Part shown: one piece after another, positions 24,101 to 38,473 of the stretch
Numbering within the stretch: position 1 is the stretch's first letter
Layout of the letters: each line of letters begins with the position of its first letter
From: Catajapyx aquilonaris
Lineage: Eukaryota
Direction of reading: 5' to 3'
Assembly: GCA_000934665.2 (NCBI GenBank)
Contig: KZ538432.1
Coordinates: 1 to 64,000, forward strand
Length of the DNA stretch: 64,000 bases
Made by a program: the position numbers and the translations under genes
Notes under the pieces: model-generated
What the model was told of the DNA's origin: nothing
Databases searched by the model: none
Seen by the model: only the letters and a program-made list of their open reading frames with translations

Positions 24101-27100
24101 AGGTGTGGTGGCCGAGATGGTAACGTCTCGGCTTGCTGAGTGAAAGGCCCCAGGTTCGATCCCCGCCTGGGGAACTTTCCATTCACCTGCGTCAGGAGGG
24201 TCTCTAACCTGCACCAAGGAGGTGTCTGGCAACTTAACCTCCTGGGGAACAGCACATGACCCATTAGCTACGACATTGCACCTTGCACCCATGTTCCCTC
24301 CCCAAAAATCCCTATCCGTTCCCATTGTCCCTGCTTCCTTGCACTGGTGAATGAAGTGATATATACAGAAAACTGATGGTGGTATGCCACCCCCCTATAG
24401 CTCCCATAAGGGACATCACGGGGTAAAAATAAATAATAAATAAAAAATACCCCGTGATAGGGCCAGGGGCCCTCTTATGGGGGGAGGGAGGTCCCCAAGG
24501 GAGTAGTCATTTCTGACCATCTTACATATACCAGACCTTTTCTCTTGGCCCTTGGCAGAGAAGGGAGTGCAATTCTGCCCGGACATGTCGGGTGAAAAGC
24601 AGAAAAAGGCCTGCCCAAGCGAATGTGACTGCCGGTGACTGCCTGAAGCGGACGGGATTTGAACCCCGGACCTCCCGATTGGCTGGTCAGTAAAATAGCC
24701 ATTAGACCACCATGCCCCCCGCCTCCAGTGACTTTCATCTGTTCGAATATATTTAAAAAGTCCCTTCGCCGATGCCATTTCGAGGACATTGTTGACTGTG
24801 AAGAGTTGTCCGGGAGTCGGTGCGCCGCACCACCAAAAAGTGGTTCCTGGAGAGCCTGGAGAGGTTGACCAGTGCCAGTGCCAGTGAATTCTCCTCCAGG
24901 AGGATTCTATCTATAATATGTACCTATTTTCCGACCTGCATGGGCGCTGTGGCTGTGGCAAAAAAATAATTGTAAATCATTTTGGAACGGCCCTCGTATA
25001 TGGCAGATTCTGCAGGCCCATCCATCTATAAAAAAGAGTCATCAAAAAGAATGACAAATAGGTAGGAAAGTGTCCATCACCTTGAATCATATACAAAGAC
25101 TCTCTTGCCTTTTTTCCCAATGATCTCCTTTGACACCGGATGTTGAACCAAGGTAGCCAAGTTGACTTAACAAGGTTTGAACAGCAGATCAAAAAAGTTA
25201 GGCAAATTAAGCATTATTGAGCTAGTTTGAGGTGTACGAACTGAAATAGAGAGGGGTTTTTTCACCCCCACTTCCGACCCGTATCCTCTTCACATACGCA
25301 CACACTGCTGAATAATGTTTGATAAATGATTCAGCTCAGGAAGCCCTCTTTGCACAACTTGAATAATGATCGATTTGGGACTAGTAGAATCTCAAATCGA
25401 GCAGTGCCTCTGTAGTAATTGGATTCCAATTCCCTCGCCGAGAGGTAAATAAACCGCTTGGAGAATCCATTTGCCACGCCGCACAAATTGGGCATCCTCT
25501 CTACCCTCTACATCCCCCTACCCCACCCTGCAACTTCCGTGTTGCAATGGCAAAGAGTGCTTGTGAAAGTTTTGGCCACAGTGTGGGCCAAGTGGATACA
25601 CTGTACATCACGCCCTCTTCAGCTTTCAACTACACTATACGTTTAGGAGAAGAGTGGCCAGTCACAGTATACGACAGCAACACAAAGCATAACGTAAATG
25701 CTTGAAATACAGGGCACATTGCAATACATTTTCTACACCCTGTACTTTAATGGACAGTTGTATTCTTATACATAATTAATGATTTTACTTAATTTGAGTC
25801 CATACAATTGGGGCTAAGAAATGCTCCATATTAACTAAAATACTTAGATGAGTCTCACCTTCAGAAAGACCATGTAGTTGGCACGAAGAGGCTTGCCGTT
25901 GACCCTCGCCATGGTTTTGATCACTTTCTCCGCTTCTTCAAAGTTGCCGTGAGCCAATAACCACCTTGGTGACTCCGGCAACACCCTGGGTAGAGTAGAG
26001 CAGCAAAGGTAAAGTATACTGAAAAAAAAAACAGCTTTGTGCCCCCGCAATCAGCGCTAGGGTGGACGTGAGTGGAAGCCTGCACTCGGAGCTGCTTGCA
26101 GGGGTACTGTACAAGGCTGTTTTTTTCTTGAAGTGTACGGTACATGCAATTTGATTAATAAAGTCTAACTCATCTGAGGATAATGATGAAAAAGACGGAG
26201 AAACAGACTGGGATTGATGAAATACTGAAGATGATTAATGGAAAGATCAGCCGAAGATAATTATATAGATCATGATTGGTGAACGTCTGCATCCAGGCAT
26301 CTAACCAATATCTTGTGGTAGACCATACACGGGTTATCTTTAATCCCACCCTATATTCCAACCCATGCGCTATAACATGGGGCTATACTGTAAGGCCCTC
26401 GCAAAATTTGATAATATCCCAAGTAACACTACCTCATCTTAGCGAGGGCCTTGCTGTACTGAGTTATTGCGCTTGGATGGTGTAGGGTGACATTCATATT
26501 AGACTGGGTCAGGACTGTCCCAAGATTTAGGTTCGATTATATTTATTATTATTAATAATTTTAAGAATTAGGTTCGATTATATCTGTACGTAACAAAAAT
26601 GAGAATAGCAATTATTATGTAATAACAATTCGTCCTATTAGGGGGCCAGGTTCGGGCATCAAACCCAGACCCTATAGGTTGAGGGTGTAAGAGTGGGCAT
26701 CGTTGATCCCCGTCAATGGGCATTTCCCCATCATTGTTAAAGACCCCGGTCACGTCTCGGTTGAAAAGGTCCCACTGTAGCCGTCAGTCAGATTTGGCTG
26801 GATTGGCGCAATATTGAATCCCCCAGACTTAGACCCCCGCCCCCCCGTTTAAAAAAACCCCCCCACTCCCCCTTCTCTAGGTTTGCTTAATCCTTAGTGC
26901 TTCTCTTTAACGTCACCCAGAACTCCTCTATCGATTCCGGATTTTCCGCTTGCATTTCCCACCCGGATGGTTTTGTCGGGCTATAACTCCGAGGGCCACA
27001 TGACTTTCTCTTAATGCCCTTGCTGCGGATTTTCATTCACATAAAACTTGTTAGGAAATAGGCTGCCCAGCCAGAAATTCCAACCTTTTTTGTACTACTC

Positions 27101-30100
27101 CTCTCTGGGCTGAAATATTTGAGCCCATTCATTTACCTGCAATTTCTCGTTGCCCTGTTTGCGCGCCATTGCATTACGAGAAAACTTGATAAAGGATAGG
27201 CTGGACAAAAAATATATATATAGGGGGAGGGATAGAAGGGAGGAGGGGGGGAGCTAACTGCTTGAGTGGTGAAATGCGTTGGATGCCAGAAGGCGGTTTC
27301 AATTGAAGAGTGTGTTGGGCAGAGATGTGGACCACGGTCGACGGGATGCAATAAGCGCTGGGAAAACAGCCTAAGCCAAAGAGTGGAGAGCGGCCATCTC
27401 TTTTCTCGCCGCCAACTTTCATATTGCCCTCCTGCTTTGAATTTCCAAGCGCTCGTGCTTGTAGGATATAGGCCGCAGGAGAAAACCTCCGCACTGGCCA
27501 ATCCTAGTTGTTACGTGAAAAATTATGTGTCACTTTCATGGAAATGGAGGCGTGCCAGGGTGATGTGATCAAATTAGTCAATCGTATTAGTATAAGCTGA
27601 AGTTGAAGGAAATATGCGTTTGTTGAGTGGAACAAGGGTAGTCATTGAGAAATGATTTAAATATTGTTGGTGCTGGTGAGAGTAGACATTAATTTGTAAA
27701 GGGTCTCCAATGGCAATAACTTGTTTGCTACACAAAATATTATTATATCGGATTACATCGATTTTCAATTATCAGTAATGTGAGCAAAATTGACATAAGA
27801 TACACGAATTTAAACCTATTGTGCCTGAAAACCATGATGTATCGAATCCCTCAAAAAAATGTTGACTTTAGCTGTAACAATATTTTTGTCCCAAATCTTC
27901 AGTTGCTGAGTGGGAAAGTAACCTCCTATAGCTTACACACCATGTAATGTGAAATGGTGTACTTCAAGGCGAAGAGTGAATATTACACTATATGCAACAA
28001 AATATGACTTTTTTTGTCCATGGGAATTCATCGTCATATTCGTGTTCCTTAGGTCACAAGTAACTCATAATGGGCATTCATTTTCTCTTTGATTTGCTTT
28101 TGACCTCGGGGCAGTCAAAAAACCAAAATCGTCAAATATAGCAGTATTTTCCCAATCAGGTGGGCCTAAATGTTGCTAAACCATCTCTCATTTTTCTGAA
28201 AATAATCACAGCTATACACACCTATGCCGTAACACTGCATATCAAGTTTCAGCCAAATTGCGAAATACCGTGGGGAAGGAAAAAATTGCGAAATTCTGAA
28301 AATGGGGCATTTTTTGGATAATTTTTTCGGTTATTGCAAGTGGTCAAAACCCAATTAGCATATACATCAAATGAAAGATAAACGCGAGTGGAATGCGCCT
28401 ATGGAATTTGTTTTTCTCGAAAATCCACTCAGAACAACATAATATGGCATTCCATCGGTCACATGCTCAGTAACATGTCCAAGTGTTTAGACTCCAAAAA
28501 TTATAGTGATGTCTTCGCGTAAGAGCAACCATATTTGGTTACAGGAGTTGTGACCTACACAAGATTCAATATGTTCAGTTTCAATCATGGGTCATGCATG
28601 GCTCGCGAGAAAATATTAGATATATGTTTGCCGAATTACCATTAATTTTAATGGGGCCAAATTCTTGGACATGTGACTGATGAAATACCACACGTTTTTC
28701 TGAGTGAATTTTACAGAAAGGAAATTCCACAGGCGCATTCCATTCGCGTTTCTCTTTCATTTGATGTATATGTTGATTGGGTTTTGACCACTTGCAATAA
28801 CCGAAATAAATTATCCAAAAAAGGCCCCATTTTCAGAATTCCGCAGTTTTTTCCCTCCCCACGGTATTTCGCAATTTGGCTGAAACTTTATATGCAGTGT
28901 TACGGCATAGGTGTGTACAGCTGTTATTATTTTCAGAAAAATCAGAAACAGTTTAGTAACATTGAGGCCCACTTGATTGGAAAAAAAACTGCTATATTTG
29001 ACGATTTTGGTTTTTTGACTGCCCCGAGGTCAAAAACAAATCAAAGACAAAATGAATGGCCATTATGAGTTACTTGTAACCTAAGAAACACGAATATGAC
29101 GATGAATTTCCATGGACAAATATCGTGTTGCATAGTGTTATACGTAGAAGCAAACTGAGATTGAAGGTGCTAGTAGATTTCTTGATATTCCCAATAGAGC
29201 ATCAGCTAGGCCGCTAGGGAGTTCAGGGTTGTGACTTTCATCACATGTCACACGTGATCGGACTAGAGATTCCATTGAACAAGTTGGAAAAGTCCCAGAG
29301 GCTTCCCAGGTCTACTTATCAGATGTCTGCAGGGACGACCCGATTTCTTCTTACAGCTTTAAAAAAAAAACTGCGGTAGTAAGAAGTTAGGTATTAAAAT
29401 GGAAATTATTTATTTCGCACCCTGCATATGACCATCTGCTGGCGCAATTTTATGCCTGTCAGTTGCAATAGGTACCAGTGTTCTTGATGACATTGGCATC
29501 TAAATCAACTTACTGCTAACAGTAAAAACACGAAACTAATGCGTACGTTATCAAGGGTTGAAAAGTGTCACCTGCATTAATCAATTTTGAAAATTTATTA
29601 ACAGTAAAAGCAGTAATGCGACATTATAAATGGCACGCCACATTACTGTCATTATAGAGTAAATCTATTGCCCAGGCAAGCGTCAAAGCAAGCCAGGCGT
29701 GACCCGAAATCTAAACGATGTGCAACTTACACTGAATTTTTGAGGACACGCATCATCAGTAATGGCATTTCGTTCCAATCCTTCACCTCCTGGGATCAAA
29801 ATCAAGCCCTGTGGCGTTTCTCTCCAGCATCTCTGGGCTAAAGCGGCTCAAAAATATATCACGGCAAAGCAGAGCTCTACCTGCCGAGAACTTCAGAAGC
29901 GTAGAAAGTGTTCATTATAGGTACTTTCTTTCATGTCCAGAGGAGCTAATTAAAAACCTATTCGATTTTAATAGAAAGAAAATATATCCACGTAGCAACT
30001 TGGTTTGATCGGGATCGTCCGCAATGCATTTAATTAAAGCTCCTCTGAACTTTTTAAAAATGATACGTTGTCATTCACTTTGTTAAGTCAGCATTTAATA

Positions 30101-33100
30101 TTCCTTCTTGTGGCTATCGAGTGGATATTATTTACTTCAACTAATCAAATTTCTGTGGTTAAAAACAGTAGCATTGCTGTTTGCACTTTAGTAATGAGAT
30201 TTCTACTTGATTAAAGCAAGCAAATTCTAGGATGTAAAACAAGCACCTGAAACCGCTTGGTCTTAGTAAGCTACTAGGTTCTTTGTCAAGACGTAATTAC
30301 ACTACTATACACCATTAATCATCGCACAATAAAAAGCAGACAGCTGCAATTCTCCCCTGATGTTGGCCTATAGTACAGTACCACAAATTCATTCTATACA
30401 TCACTATAACACCCTTTCAACAACAGGTCTTGTGTTTCAATACCGACCAAAAAAACATGCAAACCTTAAAGTTTACTAATCATATGCAGTTACAGCACGC
30501 CATGAAAGCTGCTAAAGGAGGTGTAGGCTTCGGAAACTCATTACAAACGCGGAAAGTTGGCTCCGCGTGTCGCAGAAGTCAGAATAGTCTCGACTCTCAC
30601 AGAAAATTACGGTGGAACTTTGGGTTATGGAATGTGAAATTTCCTGCACATGTTGCAGGCCACAGATCAAACGCTTTGGCGAGTCTGGCGTTGTCCTGAA
30701 TCAATAAGGAAGTTCACTTAAGACGGCCTATTTGCAGAGAGATTACGTCCAGCGCACCATAGATGAAGCTATTATATTCAGAGCATTTCCGGCTCTTACA
30801 TTATGCAACTTGCTTCAGGAGACTAAACGCTGCTTCTGCATCACAAAGGAGATAAAGAGCGATATACTGGCTGTACCAGACAATAAGAGCCAATTGCTGA
30901 GGAGGAGGACTGTCGAAAAAGGAACTGGCATCTGTCACAACCAACGCGTTGCATTCGACTCCGGTAATAGAAATTCGACCACTTCTTTCAGATGTCATAA
31001 AGATTACAACGACAAGTCACGTGTATAGTCGCATAAAGGTGGGGGAGAGGCTGGGGGGGGGGGGTGTACCCCAAACAGAAAAAGTTCCCGCAGTGAATGT
31101 CAACTCCCACGAATGCGATTCTCCAGATCGATCTCATCCCCATTTCAGGCTCTTTATTAAAGAAGTTTTTCTGGGAGCAATAACAGCAGATTCTTGGGAG
31201 AGGGTAAGGTGCAGTGGGTGGAGAGGGTGGGGGCCAAAAGCAAACTCTTATTATTGACGGAGTCATCGACTCCGAGATTACCATCCGCTCGCGCAAGAGT
31301 GACGCGGGAGGCCATCGGCGATGAGAGACATGATATAGAAAGGACTCACCACCAGTAGAGAAAGAAGGCGAGGAAAGGTAGTGCCGTTGCCAGAGCCAGC
31401 TGTCGCCATTCTCGAACGAGGTAGACCACGCCGGCCAGGGTTGCCAGGCACAGTGAGTTGGACACGCACGCCATCAGGGTGCACAGGCTTCGATATGATG
31501 GGCCGACCAACTCGTTAGCTGAAAATGAATTTATTCATGAAGTTCAGGATTCCGCGAATTTTCTCAGGGTGATTTGGGTGCTATTCTTTAGAAAACTGAC
31601 TGGATGGAAAATTGGAATCTTCAGGTTTGGAAATTTAAAAAGCAGCGCAGTGCATGTCACTTCCCGCTCCTTTTCGGCACATTGACCTAGTCTATAAACC
31701 TTGGAGATCACGACGATACCAGGAGTGCCAAAATGATCCGCGGCTCGTAGATACTACATTCAATAATTGCGTGTGGTGCTGACCATTTTTTTTCAGAACC
31801 GTAGCAGCATCTGCACGTGGGCCAACAACACATCTTGAAAGCCGAATAGCTGCCAGGTCCCGAAATTGCTATTACTTCCCGTTAGATAAAGGAGGGAAGT
31901 TGGCAATGGCAACCACCGTGAGAGTTATTGTCGCCGCGGGGTACCAAGATTTGTGGCTCTGAATTCGATCATAACGGATTACGACTTACCAGCATCTAAT
32001 CCATTCTCCGACTCGCCCACTGATGGAAAACGACACCTTTGCAGTTCATCTTCTCCGTTCCCTGGATCGGGAGCCAAGAAAAGGTACAGGCGTTGGCCCT
32101 CACACAAGAAGCATGCCCCTGATCAAAAATTCGGAAGCACCCGTCACTCGGTGCAAAATCGCGTCTGACTGACTGTAATTCCACCAGTGTCATTACCACC
32201 ACGCGTGTGCAGAATGCTACGATTGGAAAGCAGAAGCCTCCGTGGCTTGCCAATCGCTCACGACATAATGACTACCTGACCTCATACAATTGAATTTACT
32301 GGCGTAAGTGCATCGCAGTGAGATGCCCCTGCCCTGTGCACTTGATGCTTTCAGGTATCGATTCAAGTGATACACTACACGTGTTTACGTTCAGACTCAT
32401 GGATGTAACCATAAAGTTAGTCGACTGTATGAGAATAGGAATAGATAATATATAGCTGGTGGGAGGGAAAGTAACAGTCTGTTCCTACAGGAATGGTAAT
32501 TTTGCGAATTGGATACTGATTATTCCGACTTGCCAAAGTGGCGCTTCTCACTAGCATTAGGGGAATAGTTTGGCAGAGCAGCTTTCGTATTCTCAGTCTG
32601 ATTATAGAGAACTCGAGAGGAGCATTGTAAACTCGGTATGGGCTGATGAAGGCTTGGCCCAATATTAAGTTTCACTGTGTGCATAGTACTCTGTGGCATA
32701 ATCACGTACAATATGCATGTTGGCGCACTTTTTTCCTCTCTAGAAGATTCTGGCTAACTTTTAAATTAAACGGCGGTATACACTGTACTTGTCTTTCCTA
32801 ATATATAACCCCTTGGAAGTTCTTTCTAAGCTCCGTTTTCCACTCCAGTTTCCTACTTGTCGTTTCAGGCTGAGAAAATTGGGGTTGTTTTTTTGCAAAT
32901 TCTTCCTCATTATGGATGCATGGTTTCTCTACTATGTCCAATTTCATGCCGAAGTATTAGGCTATTTGCAAGGTTTGATGTATGGAAAATTATGCTTACC
33001 TCCGTTCCATCATCCTAATTTTCCAAGTATGCAGCACACAAGCCATATTGCATTACTGTAAATAGACGAAACATCTTTCGGGTTTTTAGACGTCCTGAGC

Positions 33101-36100
33101 AATCACATAATTGAGTAGCTAAAAAAGAAAACCAAGACGTAGGACTACCTTAGATCACGAGTTATGCAGGGCGCGGAAATTTAACGTACCCTCACTTTGG
33201 GGGATACAAGCAAATCAGTCCAAGTTTAAGACCAATATAGTCAGCACAACATACTGTAGAGCCTACTTGAAAACACCGAGTGAAAATTTCAGAGTCTCCA
33301 TGTGCGAGGAAATAATTTTGCAACTCAGCTTGAGCTATTTTCAGAAAAAAATAATCATTCCATTTGCGCAGGAAACCACCAGAAATAAGCGTGTATTTCT
33401 CGACAAGGGCCTTGTTGTTCCTGTAAGATTCTCTACCCTTAGGCTTATACCAGCAGTCAATGACACATGGCTTGAGGTGGCGCATGTCAGCCTTGAACTC
33501 ATTCATTTTCAACCCATGTAGAACTTAATATCTCTGCACGACTGGGTAGGTTTACAGTATGCAACCTGTCAACCGTTACAGTCCAATTTATCCGGAAACT
33601 TTATCCTAATTCCGCAGTGTCAATCTGCCCTATTTTGATACTGACCTCTTTCCACGACCTGTCGAGCCCATTCTAGCGCCATATCTATCCGGACGCTTCA
33701 CTCTAAAAAACAAACAAAAGGGGCAACTAATGGTCGTGGAAGTGCATCGTCGAAACAATCACAGGTAGCCTTTAACAGCAAAGCACCAGTTTTGTCCTTC
33801 ATTGCAATATCCGGTGAAGAACTCCAACGACGATACATTTCCCGCTCACAGCGAGAGGATTTACGATGTCTTCCTTTTTCTATCAAATCAAGCGGAAGAT
33901 TTAAGGGCCTGTGAGCGATGGGGGAAAGGGAATAAGAAAAGGCGGCCACACACACAAGCTGAAGACGGCTCGGAAATCGAGATTAGGCCACTGGGAAAAG
34001 GTCCGGCTGCTTTCTTCAGCGGCCATGCTCCAGATAGAATGATTATGGCATATCTCATCTGAAACCTCCCTCCTCGAACAGTTGCAGACAGCAAGGAACC
34101 GAAACTAGAGGGGGTGCAGAGTAGAAGGAAAAAAAAAATAAGGAAAATTTTCACTCTGGCGCGGAGTCGGCGCCAATTCTATGCACGTCTCTGAGAGTAA
34201 GCTGCCTGTAAATTATTCAGCGCCTTTCCAGATGAAACACTACACTACAGCAGGATGCATTATGCACGAATTCTCCCAGCAGTTAGCCGCATGTTTGAAA
34301 GAAGTGCTATTCTTCGAGTTCATTGCTTGTGCGCACCCTGCTTCAATGGGCATCAAGGGGTTATAGCTGCATGGCCTGCATAATGCCTTATATCTGTGTT
34401 ATCACTCTTGAATATTGACCATAACCAACAGATGGGACACTCCTGGCAAACAGCTTTTGAAAGTGATGCATGGCTGATGCATTTTCCTGGCTCCGATGCG
34501 ATGCAAAATTCCATTTAATCATCCTGGTTTGGTACGATGGATGATAGGTGATGATCAACGACACCTGTACACTTTGTTTAGCTTCCTTTTCTGACCCGGT
34601 TTTAGCTTCGGAAAGGGAAAGTGAACATAGCACACCGAATTGATTCTGCGGAAGAGAACTGGTTTGATGGATGCCCTGAGAGAAAGATTATAAAATCCCA
34701 AACAGCTTCTCTCGTCTCCTGCTGCATAACAGGACGCGGGGCTTATGGAAACTGCACTTTTCTACAGAATAAGGGATGAAAAAAAAGTCTGAAAAAAACT
34801 GCATCGCTTATCTCTGAAAGCTTGGCCTGTTTACTTTCTTCCAAGCCTCCAAACCTTTCTTATCGTCGCCACACACCCACGAATAATAAGGAAGTTAATG
34901 GTCTGTTTACTCCCTGGCTCTCAAAGACCGGGATTCCATTCTGTTTCCAACCGGAAGGCATTATCCGGTAAACAACAGGTCAATATAAAAGTTGTTTACA
35001 ATAGTGCGTCGATGGGGCTGTAAAGAGAGTCATTTGTGGACGAACGGTTTCGGATGGAAATAATGGGCTATTATGACCCGTCGATGAAAATAATATATGC
35101 AGGATGGAGCGGGAGTGGAATTTGGCAAAAGAAGGCCCAGTTATATAGAGGGGGGGCCAAGGAATTCGCTATAAAAGGGGAACGTGCGGCAGATGCCGAA
35201 GGGGGATCAGAAAAGGGAGGTAAGTCGTAAAGTTTAAAAAAAAATTGGGGGATGGCAGGGGCGGAAAGTAGACTGAAAATGCCCCTAGGGGGGACCAAAA
35301 AATCGACCCTAACCAGTGTAAACTGTCGCAAGTCCGGCTGTGTATCGATAAGGAAAAAAACGGGTTTCAACTGGAACTTTTTCAATAGGAAAAAACTGGC
35401 TCAAATGTTCAAAGTTGTGAGTGTGATCGGTTGTGTTGGGTCCAAACTGCTGTGCTGCAGGTGTATCATACCTCGTATAACAGACTCGGGCGGTTGGAAA
35501 ATGATACGTGTAACTCACCCAGGACGAGGATGGGCAGCACAATCGAAGGAAATGTGAGAGCAACTCCAAGTCGAAAGAAGGTCCATGTTGGAAGGTCTCG
35601 GGCGAAGGCAGTGGCCACTCCAAAGCCGCACTGGACCAGCAGGCATACGAAGAAGCAAGGTCGCCGACCTATCCTGCCAAAGAGTCAAAACACTTTCGAT
35701 ATATTTCCTTGTAATAATAATAAAATATAACTACACATTATAAGGACTTTGGTGCACAACTGTAGGCTTTCAGTTGGGTCTATATCAAATCGCACTCTAT
35801 ACCAGTAGAAGTATTGTATGCCACAAGGGCAGCACGGTGGTGTAGTGGTTACCGCCAAACCCTTCCACCTCTAAGGTCCCGAGTTCGATCCCCAGATCGG
35901 ACACAGTATATGATTATGTGGATAGAGTTTCGATGGGTTCTCTCCGTGTTCGCGTGGGTTTTCTCGGGGTTCTCCCGTTTCCCCGTTTGGCTTTTTGCTA
36001 CCGCAACAGTACTGTCCATTCCTGTGGCCCTGCCAGGCACGGTACGTCGCCCGTGCGTGATATTTTTAGTTTTTTGCGGAGCGGAAGCGGAGCTGGGCCC

Positions 36101-38442
36101 TTATTGTGGGTTTCTGTATCCGCAACATTTACTGTCCGTCTTGTGGCGCCGCAGGCCAACGAACGTTATTGTGACTTTGCCCACCACGACATACTGAGGG
36201 ATGGAGTTGCCCTTGGTCTTGGTGATGCTTATTGTGGGTTTTGTCCTTGAGAATTCCATCAATATTTGTCAATTCGAACAATTCGAGGAATTTTTTTATG
36301 CACGTAGGATGCGTCTCCCTTAACAACGGGAGCACCAAACACACCTAAGGTCACCCAATGCCAACAAAGCTAATTTCTTGTCCCATGGCAACGGAAGTTC
36401 CGAACATAAGAAATATGCCCGGGGCGAAAAGTCCGGGGGCGAAGCGGCGGGAGCGAAAAGTCCGAGACCCATCAAAATCTATCGGGTTAGGTATGACCTA
36501 TATAGCCCAAGGAGGGTAGGAGGCTTATTATCATGGGGTATCCATTATTATCATTGTACGCCACAAAAAGGTAATGTTACAGGAGAGCCAAAAGAAGATC
36601 CCATTATTTTTGTATGATAAAAGCTATCATGCACAATTGATGGAAATTGTAACACTACGTCACCATTTTTGGTCCAAATTTTACCATTCTTCTACTTGTG
36701 GATGCGTCGCACACTGAGCTACCCAGTGAAGGACATAACTCATTTCGTCAAACTGTGGACATACAATACTTCTACTGGTGGAGTGCGAAATGTTTTTTGG
36801 GACAAGTCCACAGAAGATTAGCTATAAAGCTTCTATTCGAGAGAAATCAATGAGAGAACTGGGATGTTCTTTCATTTCCTCAAACATTTTTCTCACAGAT
36901 CAAAAGTCACAATAGCGCCTTTCAGACTTCTCCAAAGCCGTTGGTTCTATAGATATTACAGTCTATAGTCAGTAATCAAGAAAACGCATCGATTTGTGGT
37001 TAGCCAAAAGTCAAGCTAGATTGCCTTCAGAGATTATAGCCTGACTTCTCTGAAAGACTCTAAAGCTCCATAGTAGTCAAATATCCCTCCGCCAGAGACA
37101 TTGTTGGCTCTAAACAAGTCGAAACTGTAGGGGCGATATAAATGTCAAAGCGGCCAAGTCCACTCCGAAAATGAGCAAAAACTGATGATTACATAAAGGA
37201 CCTGTTCAAGTAGCCTCGCTACCTAAACGGCAACCATCTTGCGCATCTTGTAGTGTATAATCTATGCACCTAGTTTTACGCTAAAGGCCGCTGTGTTCGC
37301 CACCGACTGTATCTTTGATGTGGTAGGGGTTGCCACCTAGCGGCCTTGGTAGCATTCAAAACATGTTGTCACGTGGTGAACTGTTTTATTAGTTGATTTA
37401 GAGGCAGGAAAACTCGTGTGGTTTTTACCCCGTAAAAATGTTGTAAGAATATTCGTGTGAGACAAATGCCGCCTCAGGGAACCGATATGCGAAATGCAAG
37501 CCCCATCGAGATATCACGCGTTTGCCCAATCGCGTATCTCTCCCTCGTCACTCCCTCTCCTCTCTCTCACTCTCCCCTAAAAGAGAGAGAGGTGAAAGAG
37601 GGGCGGACTCGCCGGACTCAAGATGGGGTTCGTTGGCAAAGCAAGAGGCCGAACTCTTTCTCCAAACTGATGAAGGTCACCCGAGGTCACCCTTTAGAAG
37701 CATTCTTCCATTGAATGACATATATTAGAGTGGCTGGACAGCAACATTTTGATCCAACTCCCCTGCGTTGCCAAGTTTCAGTGATCTGCTCCAATCTAAT
37801 TGACACGAATCATTGAGCCATGTAGGTGGCCTTTCTTTGCCAGGATAACTTTGAACAGGTCCTTTCACTGGTATACAATCAGAAAACTTTTTACCTCCAT
37901 ATGTTGCCATAGCTCTGCTACATATATGCAAATATGCAATTAATACATACCCAATGACATTAAAATACATAATTGATTCAGAGCATGTAAGAAGGATGAT
38001 AGGGTTTGTTCCTACGTCATTGTTTTTGCTATGTCAAATTATTTGATTTCATGACACAATTATTGGCATGCCCACAACTTTTTTTAAATCGTCAAGAGTC
38101 CCTAATTAATTAACTCTCCCTTAGTCACCGAAGCAGGTTGGCATAGTGGATAAGGCGTCCGACTGCTAATCGGGAGGTCCTGGGTTCGAATCCCGGGGCC
38201 GGCAACTCTGACCGTGGTTTTCTGTGGTTTCCCACGGTCCTTCCAGGAAAATTCCGGAGTTGCTTCCGTAATTAATAGGCCACAGCCGCTTCCTTCCGTC
38301 CCTATCCTATCCCAAAAAGCGCAGTAAAATGAAAGCAAAGAGTTCCAGGCACAACAAAACTTCCCCCCTAAAGAGCAGATAGGCTGATAACGGGGTATTT
38401 ATTATTATTATTATTATTCTTCTTCTTCTTCTTCTTCTTCTT

Positions 38443-38473
<31 letters not shown>

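Larger units (their letters stand above)
23740..24996. mobile_element. mariner-like foldback MITE, TA TSD, carrying two nested SINEs
   Basis: ta|cgagggcagtaccaaaatgatt ... aatcattttggaacggccctcg|ta; ~250-bp diverged arms. Confidence 0.82.

Noticed and set aside
26170..26361. Hydrophobic ORF (..LIIFSISSIPVCFSVFFIIILR) as the SLC22 exon before PESPRW
   Set aside because: No in-phase GT donor; the matching exon is 31518-31350
33192..33512. 106-aa ORF as a nested gene or exon
   Set aside because: No recognisable motif and no convincing acceptor
37725..37970. ORF KKFSDCIPVKGPVQSY as a transposase fragment
   Set aside because: Too short and unsupported
38127..38205. SINE heads as functional tRNA genes (also 24097, 49599, 58488, 35828)
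   Set aside because: No complete cloverleaf; they are followed by SINE bodies, and most have tails and TSDs
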